Source of the DNA: an uncultured Gammaproteobacteria bacterium | GTDB lineage: Bacteria > Patescibacteriota > Microgenomatia > UBA1406 > GWC2-37-13 | Assembly: GCA_964476135.1 (NCBI GenBank) | Contig: CAYYYG010000002.1 | Span: 8,005 to 72,004, forward strand | DNA: 64,000 nucleotides | Direction of reading: 5' to 3' | Part shown: piece by piece, positions 21,314 to 29,264 of the stretch | Layout: each line of letters starts with the position of its first letter | How positions within the stretch are numbered: the stretch's first letter is position 1 | The notes under the pieces: generated by a model | What the model saw: only the letters and a program-made list of their open reading frames with translations | What the model was told of the DNA's origin: nothing | Databases searched by the model: none | Position numbers and translations under genes: made by a program

Positions 21314-23101
21314 TTAATTACTTTGGATATTTGTTATCCAACTTTTAAATTTTTTAGTACTCGATGTATTTATTATATCATCAACGCCGGTCCAACCGCG
21401 ACGCGCTACAGAAACACCATAACGCATATTTTCCATTTGGCTAATTTCATGGGCGTCGGTATTAATAATACATTTTACACCATTTGTTGCGGCTTCCCGT
21501 ACCAAAGTATCCGGTAAATCTAATCTTTCCGGCCAAGAATTTATTTCGAGCGCCTGTTGATTTTTTTTCATTAAAGCCATTACCGGTTCCCAATCGATAT
21601 CAACCCCAGGACGTGAATTCAATAATCTGCCGGTTGGGTGACCAAATATTTTTACTTTATCGTGTGAAAGCGCTTTCAGAACTCTTTTAGTCATCTGATC
21701 CCTAGGTTGCCTAAATGAGCTATGTAAAGAGACAATGATATAATCAAGATAATCATATGCCCCAGGTGGCACAGCGATCTTACCATCTGGCTGTATATCT
21801 GCTTCAATCCCGATAAAATACTGGATCTTTGGATTTTGACCCAATGATTGTTTAATGCTGCTATACCTCCTTCTGAATATTTCAACAGTTTCATTATTAG
21901 AAAGTCCGGATATTTTTGGATTGTGGTCGCTGAATCCTACATACGAATAACCCATAATTGCGGCCTTATCCAAAATTTCTTTATAAGTATTTTTCCCTAA
22001 ATCGTGTGAAGTCTGAATATCATATGATGAATGAATGTGTAAATCCCCTTTTATGTCTGCAACCTCAACAAGCTTGGGCAAAATTCCTTCTGCCGCGCGT
22101 TCTATTTCGTCCGTCCCCTCACGGATTTCGGGAGGAATCATTTGCAGCCCGAGATATCGATAAAATTCTTCTTCGTCTTCAAACTCGACGGTTTTATTAC
22201 TCGCTGTTTTTTTAATTCCCCATTCCGAAAGTGATAGTCCTTTTTTAAGCGCATATTCACGTAACTTTATATTATGGGCTTTGCTTCCCGTAAAATATTG
22301 GAGCATCGATCCATATTGGGATATTTTCTGAACCCGTAGATCAACATTGATATTAGGACTTACAATAATAGATGCCTTTTTATCGCCGGCACCCTCAATC
22401 GATATCTTTTTAGGGTAATTAATAAAATGCTCAATGATTTTTTTATCACTGACCTTTTTGGAAGAAATGGCTATATCAATGTCTCCAATGGTGGGATTCA
22501 TTCTTCTCATCGAACCGAGAATATCTATGCGGAGAAGCGGCAGTTGTTTCATGTAATTAATAATCTCCATTGCGTGGCGGTGTGCATATGGTAAAGGCAT
22601 ACGCAGAGTGGAAGACTTTGTTTTTTTAAATAGTTCAAGCGCATTCAATATATCTTCTTGAGATTTTTTACCAAAGGTTGCAAGGTTTTCTATTTTACCC
22701 GATTTTGCAAGTGCAATCAGATCGTCAACGACAGTAGCATCATTGACTAAGCCGAATTCACGAACGAGCTTAAACGATTTTTTAGGCCCCAGAGAAGGAA
22801 CTTTCATAAGGACAAAAACTGTACCGGGAACAAGCTTCAATATACTGTCAAAATGTTCGGATCTGCCTTTTTCAAAAAGCTCGCTCAAATGCGTGCTTAT
22901 TGTCGGTCCAATCCCGGGTGTGGTTTTCAGTTTTCCCTCTTCCCAAATATCTTTGAGTTCTCTCGACATTTGCTCGACAGTGTCAGCAGCTTTTTCGTAC
23001 GCGATAACCTTAAAACGGTTCTCGTTCGTGAGTAAATAAACCGCGGCAACTGACCTTAATATATCGGCTATGTTCCCATTTGATAGAGTTGAAATTTGCA
23101 T
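21314..23101 (-). CDS. polX: family X DNA polymerase with C-terminal PHP (histidinol-phosphatase-like) domain
   Basis: The PolX start [29 protein letters not shown] follows Met-64 of the track [18 protein letters not shown] is present. PHP domain motifs GDLHIHSSY...FSDHNP...INTDAH. Start trimmed to the ATG at 23101. Confidence 0.88.
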   Translation of the reverse strand: MQISTLSNGNIADILRSVAAVYLLTNENRFKVIAYEKAADTVEQMSRELKDIWEEGKLKTTPGIGPTISTHLSELFEKGRSEHFDSILKLVPGTVFVLMKVPSLGPKKSFKLVREFGLVNDATVVDDLIALAKSGKIENLATFGKKSQEDILNALELFKKTKSSTLRMPLPYAHRHAMEIINYMKQLPLLRIDILGSMRRMNPTIGDIDIAISSKKVSDKKIIEHFINYPKKISIEGAGDKKASIIVSPNINVDLRVQKISQYGSMLQYFTGSKAHNIKLREYALKKGLSLSEWGIKKTASNKTVEFEDEEEFYRYLGLQMIPPEIREGTDEIERAAEGILPKLVEVADIKGDLHIHSSYDIQTSHDLGKNTYKEILDKAAIMGYSYVGFSDHNPKISGLSNNETVEIFRRRYSSIKQSLGQNPKIQYFIGIEADIQPDGKIAVPPGAYDYLDYIIVSLHSSFRQPRDQMTKRVLKALSHDKVKIFGHPTGRLLNSRPGVDIDWEPVMALMKKNQQALEINSWPERLDLPDTLVREAATNGVKCIINTDAHEISQMENMRYGVSVARRGWTGVDDIINTSSTKKFKSWITNIQSN

Positions 23102-23107
23102 AGTAAA

Positions 23108-23116
23108 TGTTATTAT
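23108..23116 (+). promoter_or_regulatory. extended -10-like TGtTATTAT, 7 nt upstream of the LysM gene ATG (leaderless prediction)
   Basis: tgttattat at 23108-23116, spacer tctgctt, ATG at 23124. It lies in the 22-bp divergent gap shared with polX. Confidence 0.4.
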
Positions 23117-23123
23117 TCTGCTT

Positions 23124-23678
23124 ATGGAAAAAACAATAAATACTCTCCAATCTGCATTAAAGAATAATTCTCTAATTGTTATAGGTATCATCGCATTTAT
23201 CGCGATAATTGGACTGTCCGCTTCGCAAAGTGTAAAAACAAAAGATTCGGAAGCAAGTACAGACACAGTCAGGAACGAAAACGCTTCCACTGAGCAAAAA
23301 AAGTATACCGTAAAAAAGGGGGATCATCTGTGGAAAATTGCCGAATCTGAGTACGGCTCAGGATATAACGCATATGATATCGCAAAAGCCAACAAAATCA
23401 CCAACCCGAATTCCTTAGCTGCCGGACAAGAATTAATTATCCCCAGCGTTTCTCCAAAAGCTCCGACAAAAGGAGAAATTACGAATAAAGCCGCAGCAAC
23501 TGAAAAAAAAGTGGAAAAAGAAACTAAATACACCATCAAACGAAATGACACGCTCTGGAGTATATCAGAGCAGTTTTATGGTACCGGATACATGTGGGAA
23601 AAGCTTGCTAAGGCTAATAATTTGACAAGACCAAACCTCATCCACGCCGACAACACCATTGCGATACCTGCTAACTAA
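23124..23678 (+). CDS. membrane-anchored protein with two LysM peptidoglycan-binding domains
   Basis: TM segment LIVIGIIAFIAIIGL. LysM repeats YTVKKGDHLWKIAESEYG...ELIIP and YTIKRNDTLWSISEQFYG...TIAIP. Start moved to the ATG at 23124, which avoids overlap with polX. Confidence 0.85.
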   Translation: MEKTINTLQSALKNNSLIVIGIIAFIAIIGLSASQSVKTKDSEASTDTVRNENASTEQKKYTVKKGDHLWKIAESEYGSGYNAYDIAKANKITNPNSLAAGQELIIPSVSPKAPTKGEITNKAAATEKKVEKETKYTIKRNDTLWSISEQFYGTGYMWEKLAKANNLTRPNLIHADNTIAIPAN

Positions 23679-23693
23679 CACAGTAATAGTGCA

Positions 23694-23702
23694 TGGTATA
23701 AT
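23694..23702 (+). promoter_or_regulatory. extended -10 TGgTATAAT, 17 nt upstream of tRNA-Gly
   Basis: tggtataat at 23694-23702. Confidence 0.55.
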
Positions 23703-23719
23703 AAATTATTCTTCGGTAT

Positions 23720-23794
23720 GCGGTGGTAGTTCAGTGGTAGAATGTCTCCTTCCCAAGGAGAAGGTCAGGGGTTCAAATCCCCTCCACCGCTCCA
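23720..23794 (+). tRNA. tRNA-Gly (anticodon CCC), CCA encoded
   Basis: Hand-folded cloverleaf: acceptor GCGGTGG/CCACCGC, D arm GTTC-AGTGGTA-GAAT, anticodon arm TCTCC-TTCCCAA-GGAGA, T arm AGGGG-TTCAAAT-CCCCT, then TCCA. Confidence 0.9.
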
Positions 23795-23903
23795 AAAAAA
23801 ACAATTGTCCCTCACGACGATTCTAACGGCCATAAAACGTTAGGAAGGACTACGGGTTTTTACAAGTTTTCCTTCTTGCTTTGCCGAGATATCTAAATCA
23901 CTA

Positions 23904-24080
23904 TTATTGAGTGTGTTCGATAATCTCGACCATTACTTTCTTGGTAGTTTCTTTATGAGGACATCTGAAATTTTCTTCCTCATAAACGACTGTAACTTTT
24001 TTTCCGCCTCGCTTTTCTTCTGACTGGACCCTAGCTTTATTTACGGATTCCATCTCACAATTACACTTAGAACACCACAT
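23904..24080 (-). CDS. small (58 aa) zinc-ribbon-like protein of unknown function
   Basis: MWCSKCNCEMES...FRCPH gives a CxxC plus CPH arrangement. A strong SD (GGAGG) lies 5 nt upstream of the ATG at 24080, inside the longer track ORF. It is the clearest SD I found among the gene starts I inspected. Confidence 0.5.
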   Translation of the reverse strand: MWCSKCNCEMESVNKARVQSEEKRGGKKVTVVYEEENFRCPHKETTKKVMVEIIEHTQ

Positions 24081-24108
24081 GTGGACCTCCATTATTTATG
24101 GCGAATTA

Positions 24109-24117
24109 AGTATATCA
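24109..24117 (-). promoter_or_regulatory. extended -10 TGaTATACT upstream of the small zinc-ribbon ORF
   Basis: The rc of 24109-24117 reads TGATATACT. It would give a roughly 20-nt leader containing the GGAGG SD. Confidence 0.35.
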
Positions 24118-24196
24118 CATATACATATTAAATATACAAATCCAACTGCTGGTCAAATGAACTTACGGAAGATATATGCAGCTGACAAAAATCGCA

Positions 24197-24231
24197 GTGT
24201 ATCATATAGATTCACCTCATATATGATACAC
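24197..24231. repeat. perfect 12-bp inverted repeat with an 11-nt spacer in a 257-nt intergenic region
   Basis: gtgtatcatata (24197-24208), spacer gattcacctca, then tatatgatacac (24220-24231). Confidence 0.7.
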
Positions 24232-24327
24232 CGCGATATTCCCCTTTATACGAGTGGCATTCATACTACATAAGAAGTGTAGATCCGAATTCTGAAAAAA
24301 TGCTGAAAAAATATACCACATAAAAAA

Positions 24328-24336
24328 TGTTATAAT
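24328..24336 (+). promoter_or_regulatory. extended -10 TGtTATAAT, 13 nt upstream of tRNA-Thr, preceded by a phased A-tract direct repeat
   Basis: tgttataat at 24328-24336. ctgaaaaaat occurs twice (24292-24301 and 24303-24312), which is UP-element-like. Confidence 0.55.
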
Positions 24337-24349
24337 TCAATCATTATCT

Positions 24350-24422
24350 GCCGATATAGCTCAGCTGGTAGAGCATCCGCTTCGTAAGCGGCAGGTCGCC
24401 GGTTCGATTCCGGCTATCGGCT
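24350..24422 (+). tRNA. tRNA-Thr (anticodon CGU), CCA not encoded
   Basis: Acceptor GCCGATA/TATCGGC, D arm GCTC-AGCTGGTA-GAGC, anticodon arm TCCGC-TTCGTAA-GCGGC (one 27:43 mismatch), T arm GCCGG-TTCGATT-CCGGC, discriminator T, followed by CATG. Confidence 0.9.
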
Positions 24423-24423
24423 C

Positions 24424-25140
24424 ATGTCCAGATTGCAAAGATATCAAAAAAAACAATTCACGACAAAGCTTGCCGCCTATATTGTTATCCTTGTTATTAC
24501 ACTTATAACGATTTTATTTTTTGGATTTAAGGCAGTTGTAAATGGCGCAATCTTTATCAGTAAATTTTTGGGTGGAAACAAGCAGGATGCTTTGGAAAAA
24601 AAAGAATCAGCTTTTTTTGGAAAATTAAGTATTGACGATGTCCCCGAAGCTACTAATAGCGCAAGAATGATATTAAGTGGTAACGCAGTCGATTTTAATC
24701 AGGTGGAATTTTATATCAATGATAAAAAAGTCAAATCACTTACTCTAAAAGATTCGCCCGGATTCAGCGAAGAGATAGGCGAGTTAAAAAATGGTATCAA
24801 TCTGGTGCAGGTTGTGGCAATTTCCGATGAGTCAGGCATACAGAAGGAGTCGGACAAATATACAGTTACTTTGATTTCCGAAAAACCACGTCTTGAGATT
24901 ACTTCACCGGATACTGAAAAAATAAAAACAAGTAATCAAGATTATATTATAAAGGGAGTTACGGACCCAGATATAGAAGTACACATTAATAGATCACCCG
25001 CAGTTGTCGATGCCTCTGGTAATTTTTCGTACACTTTGAGATTAAGAGAAGGCGAAAATAATGTGGAAATTTCTGCCGATGATATAGCGGGCAACAAAGA
25101 AATTCTCACGTATACTATAGAATATCGGAAAGACGACTGA
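24424..25140 (+). CDS. membrane-anchored extracytoplasmic protein with Ig-like beta-sandwich repeats, function unknown
   Basis: N-terminal TM AAYIVILVITLITILFFGF. The C-terminal pattern VDASGNFSYTLRLREGENNVEISADDIAGN is typical of bacterial Ig-like surface domains. The ATG starts 2 nt after the tRNA-Thr discriminator. Confidence 0.6.
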   Translation: MSRLQRYQKKQFTTKLAAYIVILVITLITILFFGFKAVVNGAIFISKFLGGNKQDALEKKESAFFGKLSIDDVPEATNSARMILSGNAVDFNQVEFYINDKKVKSLTLKDSPGFSEEIGELKNGINLVQVVAISDESGIQKESDKYTVTLISEKPRLEITSPDTEKIKTSNQDYIIKGVTDPDIEVHINRSPAVVDASGNFSYTLRLREGENNVEISADDIAGNKEILTYTIEYRKDD

Positions 25141-26311
25141 ATTTATCACTGCTTAATACTATAGTCAAAAACAAGAAAAACAATATATAAGGGTGTAAAA
25201 GTACATTATCGGTAATAGAAGCTATGCACACAAAGAGAATCGCGTACTCTGCAAATAAGTTAACGCTCATTAGTTCGTAAATCATGCCCATAAAAAGTAT
25301 GAATCCTATAATTCCGCCAGTCACAAGAATTACAAGAAAACTGGTCTGAAAAGAAGAGGCCGCATGATCGGGGTAGGGAGACTCGACGATGGACTTCCTG
25401 GCAGCACTTATATGGTTGTATCCTATACCCACAACAGGGTTTTCTCTAAATAAATTTAATCCTTCCTCGTAATTACTGATTCTCGAATAAACAGTACTTG
25501 TTCGAAATAAATTCATACCTTCTCCTTCTTGAGGAAGCATAGCGACAATTACCAAGCTTATGATAACTATTAGTAGCGATATACTTTCCCATTTTCTCGA
25601 CTTCAGCTTAATAATATTTTTACCGCTAACCAAAGAAGATGCTAAATGTGTTCTTCTTATTAGAATAATCAACACAACAATACCGGCTGCTAAAAATGAT
25701 CCACGCGAGTATGTGAGAGCGAACATAATAGAATAAACGGTTAATGAGACGTTTCTGGATGAGGTGTTGGACAATGTACTTAAGGCATAGAGCATAATGA
25801 TTCCATATATAGCTGCAGCGATGGGCGGTTCCAGGAACAATCCGAACAACCGATTTAAGTGTGGATCCCAACCTAAATAAGTAAGATAGGCGATGTCGGG
25901 AAAAATAAAATATTGCAGAATCCCGCTTACGGCAACCGCAATGATTAGCAGCCATAATTTTTTACCGACTTTTTCTATATGCGAAGGATGACGCTTCACG
26001 TGAAACCATAAATATATAAACCAGATCACATACATCAATAGACGCAAATAATATAACGATGCGGTAACATTTTCCCTAAAACTAAAATTACTGTATGAAA
26101 TAATAAGAGAAAAAGTGGAAAATGTGAAATAAAGGTATGTCCACTTTAGATTTTTGAATAAGTGTCTTAAGGGGTCAAGTCGATGCTTCCAGATTAAGGT
26201 CGATAGCCAAAACACTAATCCCAATTCGTATAAATAAAACGCCGCACCTCCTCCGAGCTCAACGCGTCCAAGTTGACCTAAAAAATACAAAAATAACACA
26301 AGTTCGATCAT
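25115..26311 (-). CDS. O-antigen ligase/polymerase-like (Wzy_C-type) polytopic membrane protein
   Basis: About 10-12 TM helices with a central loop LTYSRGSFLAAGIVVLI typical of the O-antigen ligase/polymerase domain. Lies at the edge of the glycosyltransferase cluster. Confidence 0.55.
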   Translation of the reverse strand: MIELVLFLYFLGQLGRVELGGGAAFYLYELGLVFWLSTLIWKHRLDPLRHLFKNLKWTYLYFTFSTFSLIISYSNFSFRENVTASLYYLRLLMYVIWFIYLWFHVKRHPSHIEKVGKKLWLLIIAVAVSGILQYFIFPDIAYLTYLGWDPHLNRLFGLFLEPPIAAAIYGIIMLYALSTLSNTSSRNVSLTVYSIMFALTYSRGSFLAAGIVVLIILIRRTHLASSLVSGKNIIKLKSRKWESISLLIVIISLVIVAMLPQEGEGMNLFRTSTVYSRISNYEEGLNLFRENPVVGIGYNHISAARKSIVESPYPDHAASSFQTSFLVILVTGGIIGFILFMGMIYELMSVNLFAEYAILFVCIASITDNVLLHPYILFFLFLTIVLSSDKFSRLSDIL

Positions 26312-27078
26312 AGGTGAAATTTTTTATACTGATACACTTTTGACCTAACCAGAAAAGAGTGAAAACTCATTATGAATGAGTAGACAAATCCCACTGCTCC
26401 ATCTAAAAATCCAAGCTTTAGAAAGTAGGTATAGATAAACTTGAAAAAAGGATAGGTGAAGATTGCTAAAATTATTGGGTTTCCCCCTGACTTGATTAAT
26501 TCTCTCGCTCTGATGCTGCTGTATATATTTATTTCGTTGAGAAACTCTCTGATACTTTGGTGCGGATAGTGATCTAGGTAAGTCGATAATTTATCGGTTT
26601 TTTGGTGAACAATATATGTTTCATGCACAACTCCTCTCCATACGCCCGATTTTTTTTTCATTAGCCTGATTATTCCACTATATCTTGCACTCCAGACTTC
26701 ACCATATTTAAGCTCTTTACCCCAGAACCAATCACGTCGTTTAATATAAAATGCATCGCGGTGAATAGTTTCGTCATTTATTGTCGTCAAGATCTCGTTT
26801 TTCAGTTTTTCACTTACTATCTCGTCGGCATCTATATGTAATATCCATTCTCCAGCAGCTATGCTTTCAGCAAAATTTCTCTGAGAGGCAAAATCGCCTC
26901 CGGATTTTCGCCTCACAACCTTAACACCTTTAGCTGTGGCGATTTCAAGAGTTTGATCAGTAGAATAATCATCAATGACGATGATTTCATCGCAAAAAAT
27001 AACCGAATCAATACACTTTCCAATAGTGTCCTTTTCATTTTTTGCCAGGATGATCGCAGTTATTTTTGTATTGAACAT
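26308..27078 (-). CDS. family 2 glycosyltransferase
   Basis: ITAIILAKNEKDTIGKCIDSV...IIVIDDYSTDQTLEIA...HIDADE. Confidence 0.85.
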   Translation of the reverse strand: MFNTKITAIILAKNEKDTIGKCIDSVIFCDEIIVIDDYSTDQTLEIATAKGVKVVRRKSGGDFASQRNFAESIAAGEWILHIDADEIVSEKLKNEILTTINDETIHRDAFYIKRRDWFWGKELKYGEVWSARYSGIIRLMKKKSGVWRGVVHETYIVHQKTDKLSTYLDHYPHQSIREFLNEINIYSSIRARELIKSGGNPIILAIFTYPFFKFIYTYFLKLGFLDGAVGFVYSFIMSFHSFLVRSKVYQYKKFHL

Positions 27079-28205
27079 ATATCTGAATATATTTTACCAA
27101 TTTCCTCTGCTGCTTTAGCTGAATCGTATTTTTTCGATCTAGCCAAAGATAATTGCTTGAGATTATCTATTTCCTTGGGCTTATCAATGATCGATAATAT
27201 AGTTTTATAAATACTCTCTGCGTTCGTCTCTTTCAAATAAAGTCCAGCATTTCCGACGACTTCCTTGATTGCCCCACTACCCGAGGTTATGATCGCCAAT
27301 CCACAAGACATTGCTTCCGGAAATACCATTCCATACTGTTCCTCCCAAGTTTCGGTCCGTTTGGATGGTGCGATCAATATATCACTACTATTATATGCTG
27401 TATGTATGTCTTGATACTTAATTTCTGATAATAAAATTCTATCGGTCAATTCATTTTTTCTTATTTTATTACTGATTAAATTTTTTAATGGACCGGAACC
27501 GACAATTTGAAATGCAAATTCTGATGTCAGAGCATGCATCACTCTGATAATAGCGTCTATAGTATCAACTATACCCTTCTCTTCTACAAGTCGTCCGACA
27601 AAAAGGAACTTTATTTTTTTAGACGTTTTATTCGCCGGACGAAAACGTTTTTTATCTACTCCTAACCTGACGATGCTAATTTTATTTTCAGGAAAACCCT
27701 CTTCCCATAGCGCAGAAGCGGATTTTTGGGTATGGCATATGGCCCAGTCAGCTGCCTTCATAACGAAATTTTTTAAATATTTTTTTCTGGGGATTTTTTC
27801 GTTGTTGAATGGTATAGTTTCCCAAGAAGTCATTACGAGTTTGCTGATTTTACCTCTCAATCTTAGTTTTGCCAGCTGGTAACTATAATAGTAGTGAGAG
27901 TCTGCAGTATGATAAATATCGAATTTGCCGGCCAAGGACTCGATATTGTACAAAATCTGCGAATCGCCAAGCGTCCTGTTTGACACATACTTGATCGCCT
28001 TACTAATGGTATTTCTAAGAGGGAGATGTGGAATATTGCCTATGTCTGCAATACTTGGAAATCGAACAGTTTTGAAAGGCACGATAGAACTTAACGGACA
28101 GAGCGAGCTGACACCAGTAATATCTACATCATCTTTATTAAAGATGTAATTCTGTGCCTCAAATTCATTAAGATATGCTCCGCGTACGAAAGCAACACGC
28201 ATCAT
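27060..28205 (-). CDS. family 4 (GT-B) glycosyltransferase
   Basis: FLFVGRLVEEKG and EEQYGMVFPEAMSCGLAIITS (E-x7-E region). Confidence 0.85.
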   Translation of the reverse strand: MMRVAFVRGAYLNEFEAQNYIFNKDDVDITGVSSLCPLSSIVPFKTVRFPSIADIGNIPHLPLRNTISKAIKYVSNRTLGDSQILYNIESLAGKFDIYHTADSHYYYSYQLAKLRLRGKISKLVMTSWETIPFNNEKIPRKKYLKNFVMKAADWAICHTQKSASALWEEGFPENKISIVRLGVDKKRFRPANKTSKKIKFLFVGRLVEEKGIVDTIDAIIRVMHALTSEFAFQIVGSGPLKNLISNKIRKNELTDRILLSEIKYQDIHTAYNSSDILIAPSKRTETWEEQYGMVFPEAMSCGLAIITSGSGAIKEVVGNAGLYLKETNAESIYKTILSIIDKPKEIDNLKQLSLARSKKYDSAKAAEEIGKIYSDICSIQK

Positions 28206-29224
28206 ATTTCAGAATACAGCTTAAGTAACTGCTCAATATAGCGACTCCAAGAAAACTTAGCTTTTATAATTTTGCTATCCGGTTCGATTAATTTACCTTC
28301 AGCTGCCTGCTCCATTCTGGAAATAAAATCATCTTCAGTTTCTGAAATATTTACATATGCTTTCATTTCCGAGATCACCGAGGATTTCATACCAATAACC
28401 GGACATCCGGTCGCGAGAGCTTCAAGTACAGGATAATTAAAACTTTCATAGTGAGACGCGGTAAGGTAAGCGCTGGCTTTGCTATAAAGGCCGGCTAAAA
28501 CAGGTCTCGAAACGTGACCTAATAATTTCACATTATGAGGTAAATTCTTGAAATTAGAGAATGTCCCCACGAGATTTAGGACAAAATCAGAATATTTAGG
28601 ATTCTGTCTGAATTTTTCAAAAGCGTTCAGCAAAAACTGAATATTTTTCACCCGGTGGTTCATACCGACAAACAAAAAGAATCTTGAATTACTCCTTGGT
28701 AAATCGATATTGAAGTCGGAAGGCACACCATATGACAGTACCCTGATTTTATTTTTGTAGTTAGGAAAAATCTCGGCCAGCTCTTCAAGAACATTTACAG
28801 AGCTGACAATCACAAATTTTGATCTTTTTATCATTGTATTGAGCTGAGAACCCAATCGTATCTTCGAATATTTATAATATTCCGGTTTTTTAATGAAGGA
28901 CGCGCCGTGCGAAAATGAAATAACTGCCGCTTTGGTAAATAACGGAATTGCCTGATTTATAGCCAAAAATATATCGGGTTTTTTAAGAAACTCTTCTATA
29001 GGAACCCGGAAGTTCATCCACATTGTTTTAGGTCTTATGCGGCAATGAATAATATTTCGATTAAGGAGGATGCTTTTAGGTTTAGTGCAGTAGGTATACA
29101 GATAATAAATATTATCATTATCATATTTTGACAATGCCTGAAGAAGGTCGGCACTGAAGGAGAAATTGCCATACCTTCTTTGCGGCGGCGAACATAAGGC
29201 ACCTCCGTCTACAGATATTCTCAT
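28202..29224 (-). CDS. family 4 (GT-B) glycosyltransferase
   Basis: FLFVGMNHRVKN and ESFNYPVLEALATGCPVIG. Start trimmed to Met-28 (MRISVDGG) so it no longer overlaps the upstream gene. Confidence 0.75.
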   Translation of the reverse strand: MRISVDGGALCSPPQRRYGNFSFSADLLQALSKYDNDNIYYLYTYCTKPKSILLNRNIIHCRIRPKTMWMNFRVPIEEFLKKPDIFLAINQAIPLFTKAAVISFSHGASFIKKPEYYKYSKIRLGSQLNTMIKRSKFVIVSSVNVLEELAEIFPNYKNKIRVLSYGVPSDFNIDLPRSNSRFFLFVGMNHRVKNIQFLLNAFEKFRQNPKYSDFVLNLVGTFSNFKNLPHNVKLLGHVSRPVLAGLYSKASAYLTASHYESFNYPVLEALATGCPVIGMKSSVISEMKAYVNISETEDDFISRMEQAAEGKLIEPDSKIIKAKFSWSRYIEQLLKLYSEI

Positions 29225-29264
29225 ATACTTAGGATATACATAAGAGGTAAGCATTTCAAGCAGA

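Noticed and set aside
23102-23290. N-terminal 63 aa of the 658-aa track ORF (polX frame) extending over the LysM gene start
   Set aside because: The residues are hydrophobic, low-information sequence with no PolX similarity. The conserved PolX N-terminus begins right after Met-64. The extension would overlap the divergent LysM gene and its promoter.
23821-23878. Weak stem-loops (ctaacg-N9-cgttag; aggaagga...tccttct) between tRNA-Gly and the small ORF, considered as bidirectional terminators
   Set aside because: The stems are short or wobble-containing, have large loops, and lack a clean downstream T-tract on either strand. This is not enough to call terminators.
24079-24273. 64-aa plus-strand ORF in the tRNA-flanked spacer
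   Set aside because: It has no recognisable motif. It overlaps the start of the small zinc-ribbon gene, runs across that gene's predicted promoter and across the palindrome, and has an AT-rich, codon-poor composition. It is most likely a chance ORF.
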